This document shows, piece after piece, positions 36,453 through 48,412 of a stretch of DNA of 64,000 nucleotides. Source of the stretch: Guillardia theta CCMP2712 (Eukaryota > Protista > Cryptophyta); NCBI RefSeq assembly GCF_000315625.1, contig NW_005434665.1, positions 318,844 to 382,843 of the forward strand, written 5' to 3'. The position numbers were made by a program, and so were the translations under genes. The first letter of the stretch is position 1. Each line of letters begins with the position of its first letter. The notes under the pieces are model-generated. The model saw only the letters and a program-made list of their open reading frames with translations. It had not been told where the DNA came from and made no database searches.

Positions 36453-39400
36453 ATGAGAAGTGTCAGCCTTTCAATCCCTCCAGGGCTCAGAACAGGCAAA
36501 CCTTTGGGTGATAGCTTTCATTTGCCGCAAGTTGCTCCTGATGATAGTCTTTCAGGTCCTGTACCCTCGAATATTCGAAGCGCTAAGCAAGACTTTGTGG
36601 TATAACTAGTTGGGTAGTTGAGGTAAACTTTATCTAACTTCTTGAAACTAGGGCATCGGGATTGCATTAGTTAGGACAAAAGCTGGCACAAATGCTGTCA
36701 TGCAAGTTTGGCCAGGATCTCCAGCTGAAATTGCTGGCATTCGACGGAATGATGTGCATTGCAAATGCTCGGATGCACTTTTTTAACATTTAATCATGCA
36801 TCAGGTCATGCACTCTATTGACAATGTCTGCGTTGTGGATGCTCCAATCGAGACTTTGCAGGATGCACTTCGTGGACCTGGCGGTCTGTGCCTGTGAGCT
36901 ATAAAACCACATTGAAGTGTCGAACAGGATCCACCGTGAATGTCTCAGTCTTGCGAGAGCAAGTGGTTTATGATATCGGCCCAATCAAACGACATGAGTG
37001 CCAAAGTGTGAGAAGTTTGGGAGAAAACATCGCTCAGCTGCGAAAAATTTGTTCCGAGCAAAGGCATACAGGTTTGTAATCACTAATTCTGTTCATTCCT
37101 AAACGATGGATCTACAAGGATTGGACGAAGTTCTGTCGAAGCTTAATCAAACATCAATTGAAATGGACAGGGAAAGAAGAGTGTATCGTGAAGAATTGTT
37201 GAAGTCATATTCAAACGAGCAGAATGCTATATTTAAGCTTCAACATCTATCTGATCTTCTGGTGATTGTTGCAAATCACCTTTTTGGGTGGTTGATCGTT
37301 TTGAAATTAACAGTTGGACAAGATCAATCACCAGAACGAAATCCAACAATCTATGCATGCCAGAATCCATGAAATTGCGCATATGAATCAAGAAGTGTTC
37401 CAATCCTTTGAAGACATCCAGCTGGAGATTAAATCACTGCAAGATGATTTCAAATCCATAAACGAATGGTCCCAAACCAGTGGCAACAAGTATGGAGATG
37501 AAATTCAGCATTTCAACACTGACCCATACTTTCTTGCAGGATACGAAGATTTGCATCGGAGGATGAAAGCACAATGGACTGGAAAAGAAAAAATGTCGTG
37601 AAATCTACACTGGTACATGTTTTGAAAACTGATTTAAGAACAGATTTTTCCATTCAGTTTTCGTAAGAAAAATTCTCAGTCTGGTGGTACAGAGGTATGA
37701 ATTTGATTGAATTTTCGTGCCAATCTGAATTTGTTTCAGAATCTCATGAGGGAGAACATGATAAACTTATTGAAAGACCACAACAAACTTATTTCACATC
37801 CTTTCTCCAGAGTCAAAAAGTTATCTGATCAGCTCCAGACTGCCAAAATGCTTCTCGGAAAGTCACAGGACCTGCTGAAAGGATGCACAAAGGATAACGC
37901 CGAAAATCTTGAGAATGTATCACCATGCCAGGTAAGCAATGAGAGAGCATAAGTCATATTAGCTTTCGTCTATCAGGGGTAAACAGCAAGTATGCTGAAG
38001 CTATTTTGTTTTACAGAGTTCGGATGTTTTGTGTAATCATAGACAAAAGATTTCTTGCTTCGACGATTCGTCTTCCGAGAAACAGAACAGCAGCTCAGAT
38101 CAACGAATATCTAGGCAATGTGGAGTGTTCTCAACACCGATGGAGGCTGAGACCAGCTATACGATGGCTTCAAAACGAGTAGATCAATGTCGAATATCGT
38201 GTGGGAGCTTCAATTTGATTGGTCGAATCTATTTCAATGGAAGAGTGAGCAGGGTCAACGGGATCGCCCGAAGGGTCGATTGTATACTATCAAATCCTCA
38301 AATAGACCTGGAGGAAATCAATGACTGCATTATCATCATCGATCAAAGATCAGAAAACTTTGCTAGTCATGCCAGAAGGGCCATTCTTGCGGGTGCAACT
38401 AGCATCGTCATCATCGATGATGGTAACCTTGACCATGAAGTGATAGCAACCATATCCAGGACAATTCCAATCATTACAGTTGCAGTAGCAGAGGGCGAAA
38501 TGCTGCCTGACGGATCGGAAATCAGTATTCAGTGCAGTCCCAGAGGAAATGATAACACATATCATTCTAGCAATACTATTTTGAAATACGTATCGAACCA
38601 TTGCAGTGCGAGTCTCTGCAGCCAAGACATCACCGGTGAGAAACTGAAAGCTGTTCGGCATGCAATTGACAAGGAAACAGATGAACATTGTAGCATAGAT
38701 CGATTATCATTAGCAGGAAAGAAACACGAGGATATTCCTGCATGTACATGCTATGAGTATGCTGGAAATTCATACGCAGGTGCGTCACAATTGGATCACG
38801 ATATGAGATGTTCAGCATGCTAATTCTTACTTCAGGTGGTATGATACAAACCAAAACAAAAAGGTATGATTCTGGTCAAGTTGCAAGTTTGAAGGACGCG
38901 CATAATGACTTGGATAACTTTCAAGTGGGCATATTTCATGAGGAAAGTCAACTTTTAGTGACGTTTTTGGCAGCATCGAAGTACTCGATCCCATTTGAGC
39001 TCCAGGAAAGACCGTTCTTCAAAGGTCCTCCTGAGGATTAGCAGCATCTTGCCTTGACTCTTGAACAGGTCAAGGAGGCACTTTACCAACAGGCGTTGGA
39101 GCAAGTTGGCCCCGTGGACCTTCCACTTGGATGGAGTATGAGAATGTCCAGAAGCCGAAACCAGGTCTAATGACTTTGAGTGTGGTTGGCCTGTAACCGC
39201 TTCGTTTCAGGTGTTCTACTACAACAAGGAAACCAGAGAAAAACGATGGACTGTACCTGAGCTTCCTGAGAGGCATCATCTCCAGCAGACACCACCGATA
39301 GCACCGCAAAGTTGTCCTTGTGCTCAACCCAATTCTCCCCTGTCCATTGCTACACAGGTTCAGATGACTGCTGGAAACTATGTAGCACTTGTCTGAACTT

Positions 39401-40350
39401 TTCTGTACTGTACAGATGCAACTTGGAATAGCTGATGAAATTTCTTTGTGTGCTGAATCTTCGGTTGCTGGCGATTTGACAAGATGTGAGAGCGGCATCA
39501 GTCCAACATTGGATGCTTATGCAAGTGGTCAGTACTGTTTGGGGTTCATCTGTAGTTTGCTTAACAACCTGCCTGGAACAGATTCTGGGATGGAGATGAA
39601 GATTCCACCGTGGCCGCAAGATTTGATATCAGCAATGAATGCATTGGCTCGAATATTTGTTGGCGGGCGGCAGATAGTTTGCACTCGAGCAGAATTTGGG
39701 ATGCAGGTAAAGTTGTTTTGTGTCAAACTGGATTAGATGTGATATGTACGGTAGGTGCATCCTCAATTCAGCAATATGATCATCAAGGGAAAGATTGTTC
39801 GCACACAACCATGGCTTGCAAATGGGGCTCTTGAGAATGTTGATGAAATCAAGGGATGCATCGCGATAATTGGACGAGGCGGCTGTCCCTTTACGGAGAA
39901 AGCAAGGCGTGCAGAGGAAGCTGGTGCAAAGGCTGTTGTCATAGTCAACCATGCAGATTTCTTGTTCAACGTCTTGGGAAAGGTACGGTCGCGATGGCAA
40001 TGCCATGTGGAATGTACTTATGTTTTTGATTTTCAAGGTTTCCAATATCAATATCCCAGTCGTCTCCATCACTAAGAGCGATGGCGACTCGTTACAGAAT
40101 GGAATGTCTGCTGTCTTACAATGGGGTGAAAACCCGAAGAAGGCACTTGAAGACTCGAAGAACATGGAAGTGAAGGAGCTTGCCGAGAAGGAGGAGTTCC
40201 CCTACAGTTTCAGATTAACCTCCCAGGTGATAATCGCTTACTCTCAACCTCCCAACACCGGATTTTGACATACTGATGATGCAGCTAGTGGAAGCGAAAG
40301 ACATGGTTACAGAAAGAAGATCAGAATATGTCAATCTGACCGTCATCTAA
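36453..40350 (+). CDS. Multi-exon multidomain protein: PDZ - coiled coil - PA - WW - PA
   Basis: PDZ DFVGIGIAL...VWPGSPAEIAGIRRND; PA1 CIIIIDQRSENFASHARRAILAGATSIVII; WW LPLGWSMRMSRSRNQVFYYNKETREKRWTVP; PA2 IKGCIAIIGRGGCPFTEKARRAEEAGAKAVVIVN...IPVVSI. Could be two adjacent genes. Confidence 0.7.
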
Positions 40351-40428
40351 CAAGTTCATCTTTATTTACTTGGATAAACTTAGTGTACACTTTGCTCTTG
40401 TTGAGTATCCTCGTGTGAAAAGGAGAAT

Positions 40429-42091
40429 TTACTGTGCAAACACATCGATTCTCTTGTCGGGAAAGGTGTAAACATCAATCTGCGATGTTCATCATATCAG
40501 AGAAGCATGAGCAGCTGTATCACAAACACACCTTATCCATGAGAGGTCCTGGGAAGTCACTTCGTGGACCTGCCACCATGTTCTCAGCTGCTCGGGCAGC
40601 AGTGGCTTCAGCACGTACCCATCACACTCGCGTCTGTAGACACAGGGTATTCGCAGCCGTCGTGCTTCACCATGTACATTCCAGCCTGCAGAACGGGTGA
40701 CTTGAGCATGGGGGCGAGGAAGCAGAGGGTTACCCGATCTCCTCCGTATCGATCGATCCCCAGCTCCTTGGCCTTGTCAAACATCTGCTGCAGCGTCAGG
40801 GACAAGCGAGACTAGTTTCTCAAGCCCACCTCATCAAGCTCGGCTTTGCTGACTTTGGGGCCCCTGGAGGGTTGGGGGGTCAGGCGAGGCTCGACGGTTC
40901 ATGGCGTACCTTGCAAGGAAGTTGATACCCACGAAGAGAATCTTTCCCGCAGCCTCCACGCACTGCAGAGATTTCAGATCATGATTGGACATCTCCTCAG
41001 CTTGTCTACTTGACCTGCATCTGCAACGATCTGTCGTAGTAGGTCTTCCCATTTGCAGTCTTCTTCCACACGTAGAGCACGTAGTTGGGAAAATTGTAAG
41101 CGAAGCTGAAGGAAGGTCAGGGAGCGTTTCCTTGTGTGAGTGAACGAGTCTCACCCTTTCTCAAGAAACTCTCCAGGCTTCGACTTGTCATACTGGATAG
41201 TCATGTTGAGAGTATAGATCTTCTTGGCCACGTCCTCGCCTGCTCAGACCTTCACTGACTCCCCAGCAGCAGGAGAGAGTCGCAACCTGGAAGCACTCCA
41301 GTCATCGGGCACGTTGTAGTGAACATGTCCTCGATCATGTTGTTGCTGCGAATGGTGAAATTGAATCGTGTGCATCCACCTGGCAAGCGACGAGGTCAAC
41401 GCGATCGGGGGAGGGCAGGGCTCGTACAGAAGTAGTTGGCTTGAGTGACGTCGTGATATGCAAGCTCATACCAGATCCCCTGATACAAGTCTTCCTGCCA
41501 TGCTCGAGCTCAAAAGATCGGAAGAGAAACCTTGTGTCACACCGTGAAATCGCTAGGACGAGACTTCTTGCTGATCTCCTTGAGGTTCGGACACTTGTCC
41601 GCTGCGGCGGCAGGCTCGTCAGCGTACGCTCGCTGTGGGCATTAAAGTCACAGGGGGGCAAATCTGAGAGAGAGAGTTCGAACCGGTTGAGGAGCAAAGC
41701 AAAGAGACGGCGCCAAGAGCGCTGAGGCTGAGAACACCTTCTTGGCAATGTGAAGGAACACGTCTCGCCTTGCGATCTCCTGCTTGACGGCAGAGATCGT
41801 CTGAGCCTGCATCCTCTCTCAACACGCCCAACAGCAACGGCAGCTCATGATCACCAGCGCCTCCACTCCTCTGATCGCCTTGGTCAACCTCGTGCCCGAA
41901 GCTGGCGAGTGCCCTACATGTCGTTTGGGAACAGGGATGCTCACGAATGGAGGAGGTTGATTACAGCTCCCTTCCCGCACTTCATGACCCGGCTGCGCCG
42001 GTACTAAGAAGTGTCGGAAGGAGGAAGCCGTCTGCATCATGCAGACGCAAAGCAAGAGGCTGAGCACTGGCCGAAGACTCATCTGCATCAT
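40429..42091 (-). CDS. Lipocalin-family protein with tripartite targeting to the thylakoid lumen
   Basis: Signal peptide ending TASS-F; twin-Arg IARRDVF plus hydrophobic FSASALLAPSLCFA and A-Y-A cleavage site; lipocalin SCR1 DLYQGIWYELAY; later CGCTRFNF, YVLYV, FVGINFLAR, MFDKAKELGI, MVKHDGC. Confidence 0.75.
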
Positions 42092-42153
42092 CAAGATCAC
42101 AAGATGAAAGTTGAGGAAGACTTTATGGGGTCGCCGTCACCGGTTCTTGCTCT

Positions 42154-42303
42154 TTCACCCTAAGATCAGACTAGAGATCTAGCTTCACCCTCAGATCAGA
42201 CTAGAGGTCCAGCTTCACGCTCAGATCAGACTAGAGGTCCAGCTTCACGCTCAGATCAGACTAGAGATCTAGCTTCACGCTCAGATCAGACTAGAGATCT
42301 AGC
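42154..42303 (+). repeat. 30-bp minisatellite x5 (TTCAC(C/G)CTCAGATCAGACTAGAG(A/G)TC(T/C)AGC)
   Basis: Five head-to-tail units with no spacers, ~60 bp upstream of the lipocalin ATG. Confidence 0.95.
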
Positions 42304-42399
42304 TACTTTCCTCAACTCTATCCCCCTTTTGCCCTTGTGCTTCAGTCGCGTCAGGGTCTGCAAACGCTTTCCTCCTCTTCCCCTCCACATGGAGGCCGA

Positions 42400-42740
42400 T
42401 CTGTTGAACTACCCTTCATTTCCCAGGGTGGTGGCGTGTAAAAGGACGGGTCATGAAAGGGGGATACATTTGATCCTTTGATCCTCAACAGGGGTGGTTT
42501 GAAAGCAAAATACTAGGGTGGTGAAGTTCTGCGAAGAATGGGTGGGTATTTCAATATACAAAAGGGGGTAGTGGTGGAATGGGGTAGGTTGTAGGCTCTA
42601 GAATTCCACAGGAGGGTGGGGTGAGGTCAGAAAATATTACTTATATTACTGAAAATATTTACTCATCTCAAAATCATATTCTTCATCAAGGGGTTTATGG
42701 GGGTTATTTGTGGAGTTGGTGGGGGTGGTGGAGCCAGTGC
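42400..42740 (+). promoter_or_regulatory. Array of GGGT(A/G) boxes upstream of DnaJ
   Basis: Boxes at ~42425, 42448, 42491, 42516, 42540, 42564, 42580, 42614, all on the + strand. Regulatory function is inferred from position. Confidence 0.4.
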
Positions 42741-42753
42741 GGGTGAGGTGGCA

Positions 42754-44590
42754 ATGGTGCGAAAGCTCGGGAGGAACGGAGCTGCGATGGCGGGGCTGTT
42801 GTTGCTGTGCTGCATGAGCATGCAGGCAGCTGCGGAGAAGGACCTATACAAGATCCTTAACGTCCCAAGGAACGCTGACGAGAAGGCCATCAAAGCTGCG
42901 TACAGGAAGTTGTCCCTCAAGTGAGTTGAGACACGTGGAGGGGTTCTGCTGGGTAAAGCAGGTCATGTGTAGGTATCACCCCGACAAGAACAAAGACCCA
43001 GATGCCAAGGAGAGGTTTTCGGAAGTTGCAGGTGACTTCAATCAGCATTGCTCTAGGTGTTCCCTTTCCTTACCTGTGGATTGTCGTAGCTGCCTACGAA
43101 GTCCTCTCTGACTCTGAGAAACGTCGGATTTATGATCAGCAAGGAGAGGAAGGGTTGAAGAGACACGAGCAAGGAGGAGGACAGGCACACAACCCTTTTG
43201 ATATCTTCGCCCAAATGTTTGGTCATCGAAGTGCGGGCTCGGAGGAGCAACGGGGACCGGACATCAACATGGAGGTAATGCTTCAACGGTGTAGCAATGG
43301 GATGTTCTAAGTCACGTGTGGACTCAATCTCACATCTGCATCAAAGACTCTACAGATGTCAACTCATGGGATTTGCAGATGGAAGTGAGCTTGAAGGACC
43401 TTTACCTTGGGAAGCAGACCGACATTCTGCTCAAGAAGCAGATCATCTGCAGACAATGCGGAGGTTGTTTCTATCCATCGGGTCCTTCAGCGTGTAACAA
43501 CGGATGACATAGGATCCGGTGCTAGATCTCCAGAAGATGTCAAACGCTGCAGCGCGTGTGGCGGGTCTGGTGTGCGGGTAGTCAGGCAGCAGGTGAAGTA
43601 TGATGTCCATTTTGCCTGCATTTTCGCCTTTTTTTCCCCCTCCTCACATTCATACCCCCGTCAGATTGCTCCTGGCTTCGTGCAGCAGATGCAGACAACG
43701 TGCGAAGAGTGCGGAGGCAAGGGAAAGAAGGTGGCGCACAAATGCCCCAAATGCAAGGGACGAAAGGTCCAGAGTGGGTCAGAGACGATAACTGTGGACA
43801 TCGAGCGAGGAGCTCCGGACGGGCATGAGATCGTTTACGAGCAGCAGGTCGGCTCCTGGAGACACGAAGTTTGAGTGGAATTGCTGACTCCTTGCGATGT
43901 CAGGCGGACGAGAACCCTGACATGAAGTCTGGAGACATTAAGTTCAAGCTCCGCCAGCTGCCCCATCCCCTCTTCAGGTGAGTGCGCGGGTTCACGTGGG
44001 ACGTGTTGTATCTTTGCTTATTCGATGGTGCAGGCGAGATGGAAAGAACTTGAAGATGAAGATGCGACTCTCGCTGAGGGAAGCGCTACTAGGATTCGAG
44101 AGGAAGGTTCGGCTCTCTTCGTCATGGGTGCTCGACAGATCTGAAAAGATTCCACAGGTCTCACATCTCGATGGACACGTCGTCACTGTGTCGGACTCAG
44201 GAACAACTCAGCATGGCCGAGTCCGAACGGTTCGATGACGCCCTCCTACAGCTGCGGCCGTAGCAAGTTGTAACATGTCGTCAACAGGTCAGGGGCGAAG
44301 GTATGCCGGAGCACAACTTTCCTTCTAGCAAGGGAGACCTCCTTGTTGAGTTTGAGGTTGAGATGCCCACCAAGGTATCAACCCCTGACATGATGTCTGT
44401 TGCCGGGAGACTCAAGGTGTGGCAGTTAACGGATGCTCAAGAAAGGGACTGGAAGAAGTTTTCGCCATGGCTGCTTAGTCGCTCTGTATTCACTTCAGGC
44501 ATCATGTCAAGCAAGCCGCACAATATCGCTCGGCTCATTGTCGACCATTCTTCTACAACCTTTCAGGACAATCCGAACACATGTTCGTAA
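42754..44590 (+). CDS. ER-targeted type-I DnaJ/Hsp40 (Scj1/ERdj3-like); C-terminus uncertain (44478 or 44590)
   Basis: Signal peptide, J domain with YHPDKN, G/F region, four CxxCxG(x)G-type repeats ([30 protein letters not shown]), C-terminal GEGMP...KGDLLVEF. Confidence 0.92.
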
Positions 44591-45038
44591 CGTCCATACA
44601 GATTTCTTTTTTTAAATATTCCTTTCTTGTACAATGAAGTGGCAATCTGCATTCAAAGCAAGGGGTTTCTCGATTCCCTCCGCGGCTTCTCACCTAGAAT
44701 CGAATCACTTCTCTTTGCTGTGTCTTTCTTCGGTCTCCACCCTCTCCTCTTCCTGCCCTCCAAACTCTCCCTCTCCCTCTCCCTCTCCTCCTCTCTGCTC
44801 TATCTCCAACCATGTCCTTCTCTCCTCTGTGACCCTGCCATCCCTGCCCCTTTGCCGGCACCCTACACCACCCCATGTATTATCACCCTACCCCACAGTT
44901 ACACCACAACCACTCACCTACCTGGTCAATGACCATCGTTTTCACCCCTCAATACGGGCTTCATGCACAACTCACCCCCTGCAAATATACCCCACCCCTC
45001 AGACCGTCACCAAATAAGCTCCGCCCTGCCCGCCAGCG

Positions 45039-47540
45039 ATGGCGGCACGTGGGTGGCGACTCGGACCTCTCGTCCTTCCGCTGCTGCCTCAACCTACATC
45101 CTCCTCTCACGTTGCTACTCTTCGCTGAAGCTCCTCCTGCATTTCCCCAGCCACTCTCATGCACGCCCATCACTTGTTTCGTCCTGTTTCTTCCCCTGGC
45201 TGTACCACCCTTGTCTGCATCATGAGCTCTTCGTGGGACTTTGCCTGCGTTGCGAGTTAGAGAATCGTTCCTTTGATACCAGCAGTTAGATCATCGTACA
45301 TTACCTCTGTTAAGCATCTTTCTGTTCCTCCCTTGCCTTGTTTGGAAATATCTCACAGTGATCATTGATTACAGAGGCAGTCCTCATGACGTCAGCGGGA
45401 ATCGACTAGATAGCGTGACTTGGAAGCTCGAAGATGTCATCAGGATCGAAGAGGAGAATTGGGGAAGCATTTGGAAACAGCGATCGAGACAAGCACCAAA
45501 ACAACAAGGTTTTCTCGCTGTGACCGCTTCCTCGCACTGACGATTTTCATTGAAGACTAATCAACACTTGAGTCCAGAGGAACAACTTGCACAAGCTGTG
45601 AGCCGTCTTGAAGATATCAGAAACGGTGAAAGATACCCCGAAATGACATGTTGGTGTGATGCGGTGATGATCAGGAACGGATGATGAGCTCATTAGGGAG
45701 TCGGAGGATCTCTCGCGGAAACGAGATGAACAGCTCAATGCACTGCTGGCGAAAGGTGATGGAACTTTACTTCCCATTTCCGCTCAGGATCAGTTCAGGG
45801 AGTGGAGGACACAGCAAAGGAAATCTCTCGCGGTCCTCGGTTGGATCTTTGGCCCTAGGAAGACCGATCTAACTCGCCAAGCAGGTGGAAGCACAGCGAA
45901 GAACGATATGTGACGAGTTCGAGGTTGAGAGCTAGAGCTTGAGAGGGTGCAAGAGTTGCTGAGTGTGCCTGAAGAGCGCACGCGCAAAGGCACAAGATCG
46001 CTTGAGAACAGAAATGGAGACTTTGCAACAAGTATGAATCCTCTGCCATGTGAGGCCTGAACTGAAAGCATCCAGTGGGCTCAAGGGGAGATCGAAACTG
46101 CTGCCAATTCCGGTGCTCAACTTATTTGAAAGTCCTTCAGTCAGCTTCTAACTTGCTGCTCAAAGGCATGACCTCAAGGGTCAGGCGCAAAACTCGGGCG
46201 AGAGGAGAAGCTGACGGTGACGTGCTCCTGGTCCTGCTGCTCTTCTCAAAGAGTTGGAATAGGTTTCCTGGCTGATCGTGAGAAGGCCTCGAGTATCATG
46301 TAGCCTCTGCATCTTGCGCAAAGAATCGCATGTCTTGTCTTATCTCCCCTGGTTGACAGATACCGACTTCAAGAGCTGCAACAGCGCGTCATCCTCACAA
46401 AGGTTTGTCCCTGTGCGCTTGCCTCAACTTGAATTGAATTGAGCATAGGATGACCTTGACCGAGATCTTGACACATTGAGATCCAAGGTAAGAGGAGGGC
46501 TCGGCCGGGAACATTTATTCATTGAGCTCGTTACAAGGCGCCTAAGACAGAGAAAGAATCATCGAAAACAGCGAAAACAAAGCAAGCGGAGGAAGTGAGT
46601 CATTCGCTTGCTACTGCTTACACGACTGATTATCCGAACAGGATCATTCGGGAAAGAAGACAAATCCATCCTCAAAGGTAATGCTTTCTCCTTTCAAACT
46701 TGAAAGCTGATTTTTCTGATCTTGGACCACAAAGGCCCCTGTTTCTAGCAATTCAGCTCCCTCAAAAGCAAATACTTCTTCATCGAAATCGGACAAAAGT
46801 ATGTTTTTCCATCCATTTTTTCATTGATTTCATCGATTGATTATCTCATGGTATAGCGGCTAACAAATCTGAGAAATCCGCTCCAGCTACTAATGACAAG
46901 ACGAGCAAACCGGCTTCATCTTCCTCAAAGGTGATTTCCCGTCTTCACATCTCCCCTCGAACCTTACTTGAAACTCAACCGAAGCAGTCAAACACCAACA
47001 CAAGCGCTAAGGCTGGAAGCAGCAGCAAGGTATTTCTCTCAATTTTTTCGCGAGCTATACTGATGTTCATCTTACAGGCAAACAATGCTCAAGGTGAGGG
47101 TCTTGGTGTTGGTCGTGCTGCGTATCGCAGGGCTGAACACTCGTCAGCCAACGGCAAGGGAACTGCCGAGAAGTCAGCTCGTCAGGATCGGGCTGAGAAT
47201 CGAGCAGGGAGCTCGAGCGTGTACACATCGAAGGGAGTGCTGTACATGGACAAGGAGAGGTTCGAGAAAGGCGATGCTGTCAGCGTGATCTTGGAGGACG
47301 GAACTTCGGTGATTTTAGTAGGGCTTTGCTCCCTTCTATTCAACGTATGGTCCGCAGATCAAGGGAACGATCAACACTATCAACTCGTTGGAGTTGCGAA
47401 TTCAGGTAAAACTACTTTGGGGGATGGCCCATCCCTGACAGACTTGCCCGCAGCAGAGTGAGGGAGACAGCATCTCAAAGGTGTACCTCAGTCACTTGAA
47501 GAACAAGAAAGCTTCTCTCCACAAGCAGGAGGAATCTTGA
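45039..47540 (+). CDS. Sds3/BRMS1-like Sin3-HDAC complex subunit, multi-exon; start uncertain
   Basis: Coiled-coil N-terminal exons, DDLDRDLDTLR segment, and C-terminal VYTSKGVLYMDKERFEKGDAVSV...IKGTINTIN...SKVYLSHLKNK resembling the SUDS3 C-terminal domain. Confidence 0.6.
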
Positions 47541-48412
47541 CGCCATGGCGATGACAGAGCATGTGAAGTAATGAAGTCAATCTGTCTGCCTCTATTCTAT
47601 CCCCTTTGAATGCTCCATGGCCTCATCGGATGTTTGTGTCTTGTGATTAGTCACATCATTTGCCTTCCTCTTCACCTTATCTGCCTACACCTAATATCGC
47701 CTAGAACTAATCTCTCCCTCCCCTTTCCCGGGAGTCTCCCTCCCTCCCTCCCTCCCTCCCTTCTCCCTCCCTTCTCCCTCCCTCCCTCCGGAGGCCTCCC
47801 TCCCTCCCTTTTCCTCTGTAGTCACTTCACTCCCCATCCCTCCTCCCTGCTCCCTCCCCAGTCCCCACCTCTCGCCCTCCTTACTATCTCGCACAACTGC
47901 TGGGTCCGACCACGGGATCAGCGACTAGGGCTCACTGATTCCGATTCCATCACCGGTGCCGCCATGCTCGGGATTGAGGGTAGGGTTAACTTCTGTCATC
48001 CAATGCAAGAGGGTGGGTGCTCCAAGTTATACGGTCATGTGTCGTAAAGGGGTACTAATTCATGTATTCGGGGTGGGTATTTCAAGAGAAGCAAGCCGGT
48101 GGTGTGCCAGAAAAATACTATGATATGGTGGGTAGTCCTGCAGTAGACGGTGGGGGTACAGAAATAGCAGTTTCCGTTGGTATAGGAGGATAGGAGGGGT
48201 GGACGGTAGAAAGGGGTAGTTCTTCTGATCTCCGACGCCAGCGGACTTTGCGATTTCCCCGATCCCCACCCACCTTTACCTTTACTGTTTTTTTTTTTTA
48301 ATGTGGGTAAGGAAGTACCCCCTCTACAGGCCTGACTTTCATGGGTTAGGAATTTGCCATGGGGTGTATTGCGGCACGGGGGTGGGTCCATTGTGGTTTA
48401 GCTCCGTAAGTC

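Noticed and set aside
40429-42091. Calling the lipocalin violaxanthin de-epoxidase
   Set aside because: No recognisable VDE Cys-rich N-terminal domain or Glu-rich tail.
42154-42303. CRISPR-like 30-bp repeats
   Set aside because: Units are contiguous with no unique spacers, no cas genes are present, and the context is eukaryotic; it is a minisatellite.
5060-44590. Functional cluster of endomembrane genes (AP-3 delta, torsin-like, PX, Pho88, ER DnaJ)
   Set aside because: Interspersed with unrelated genes and no shared element specific to them; chance is sufficient.
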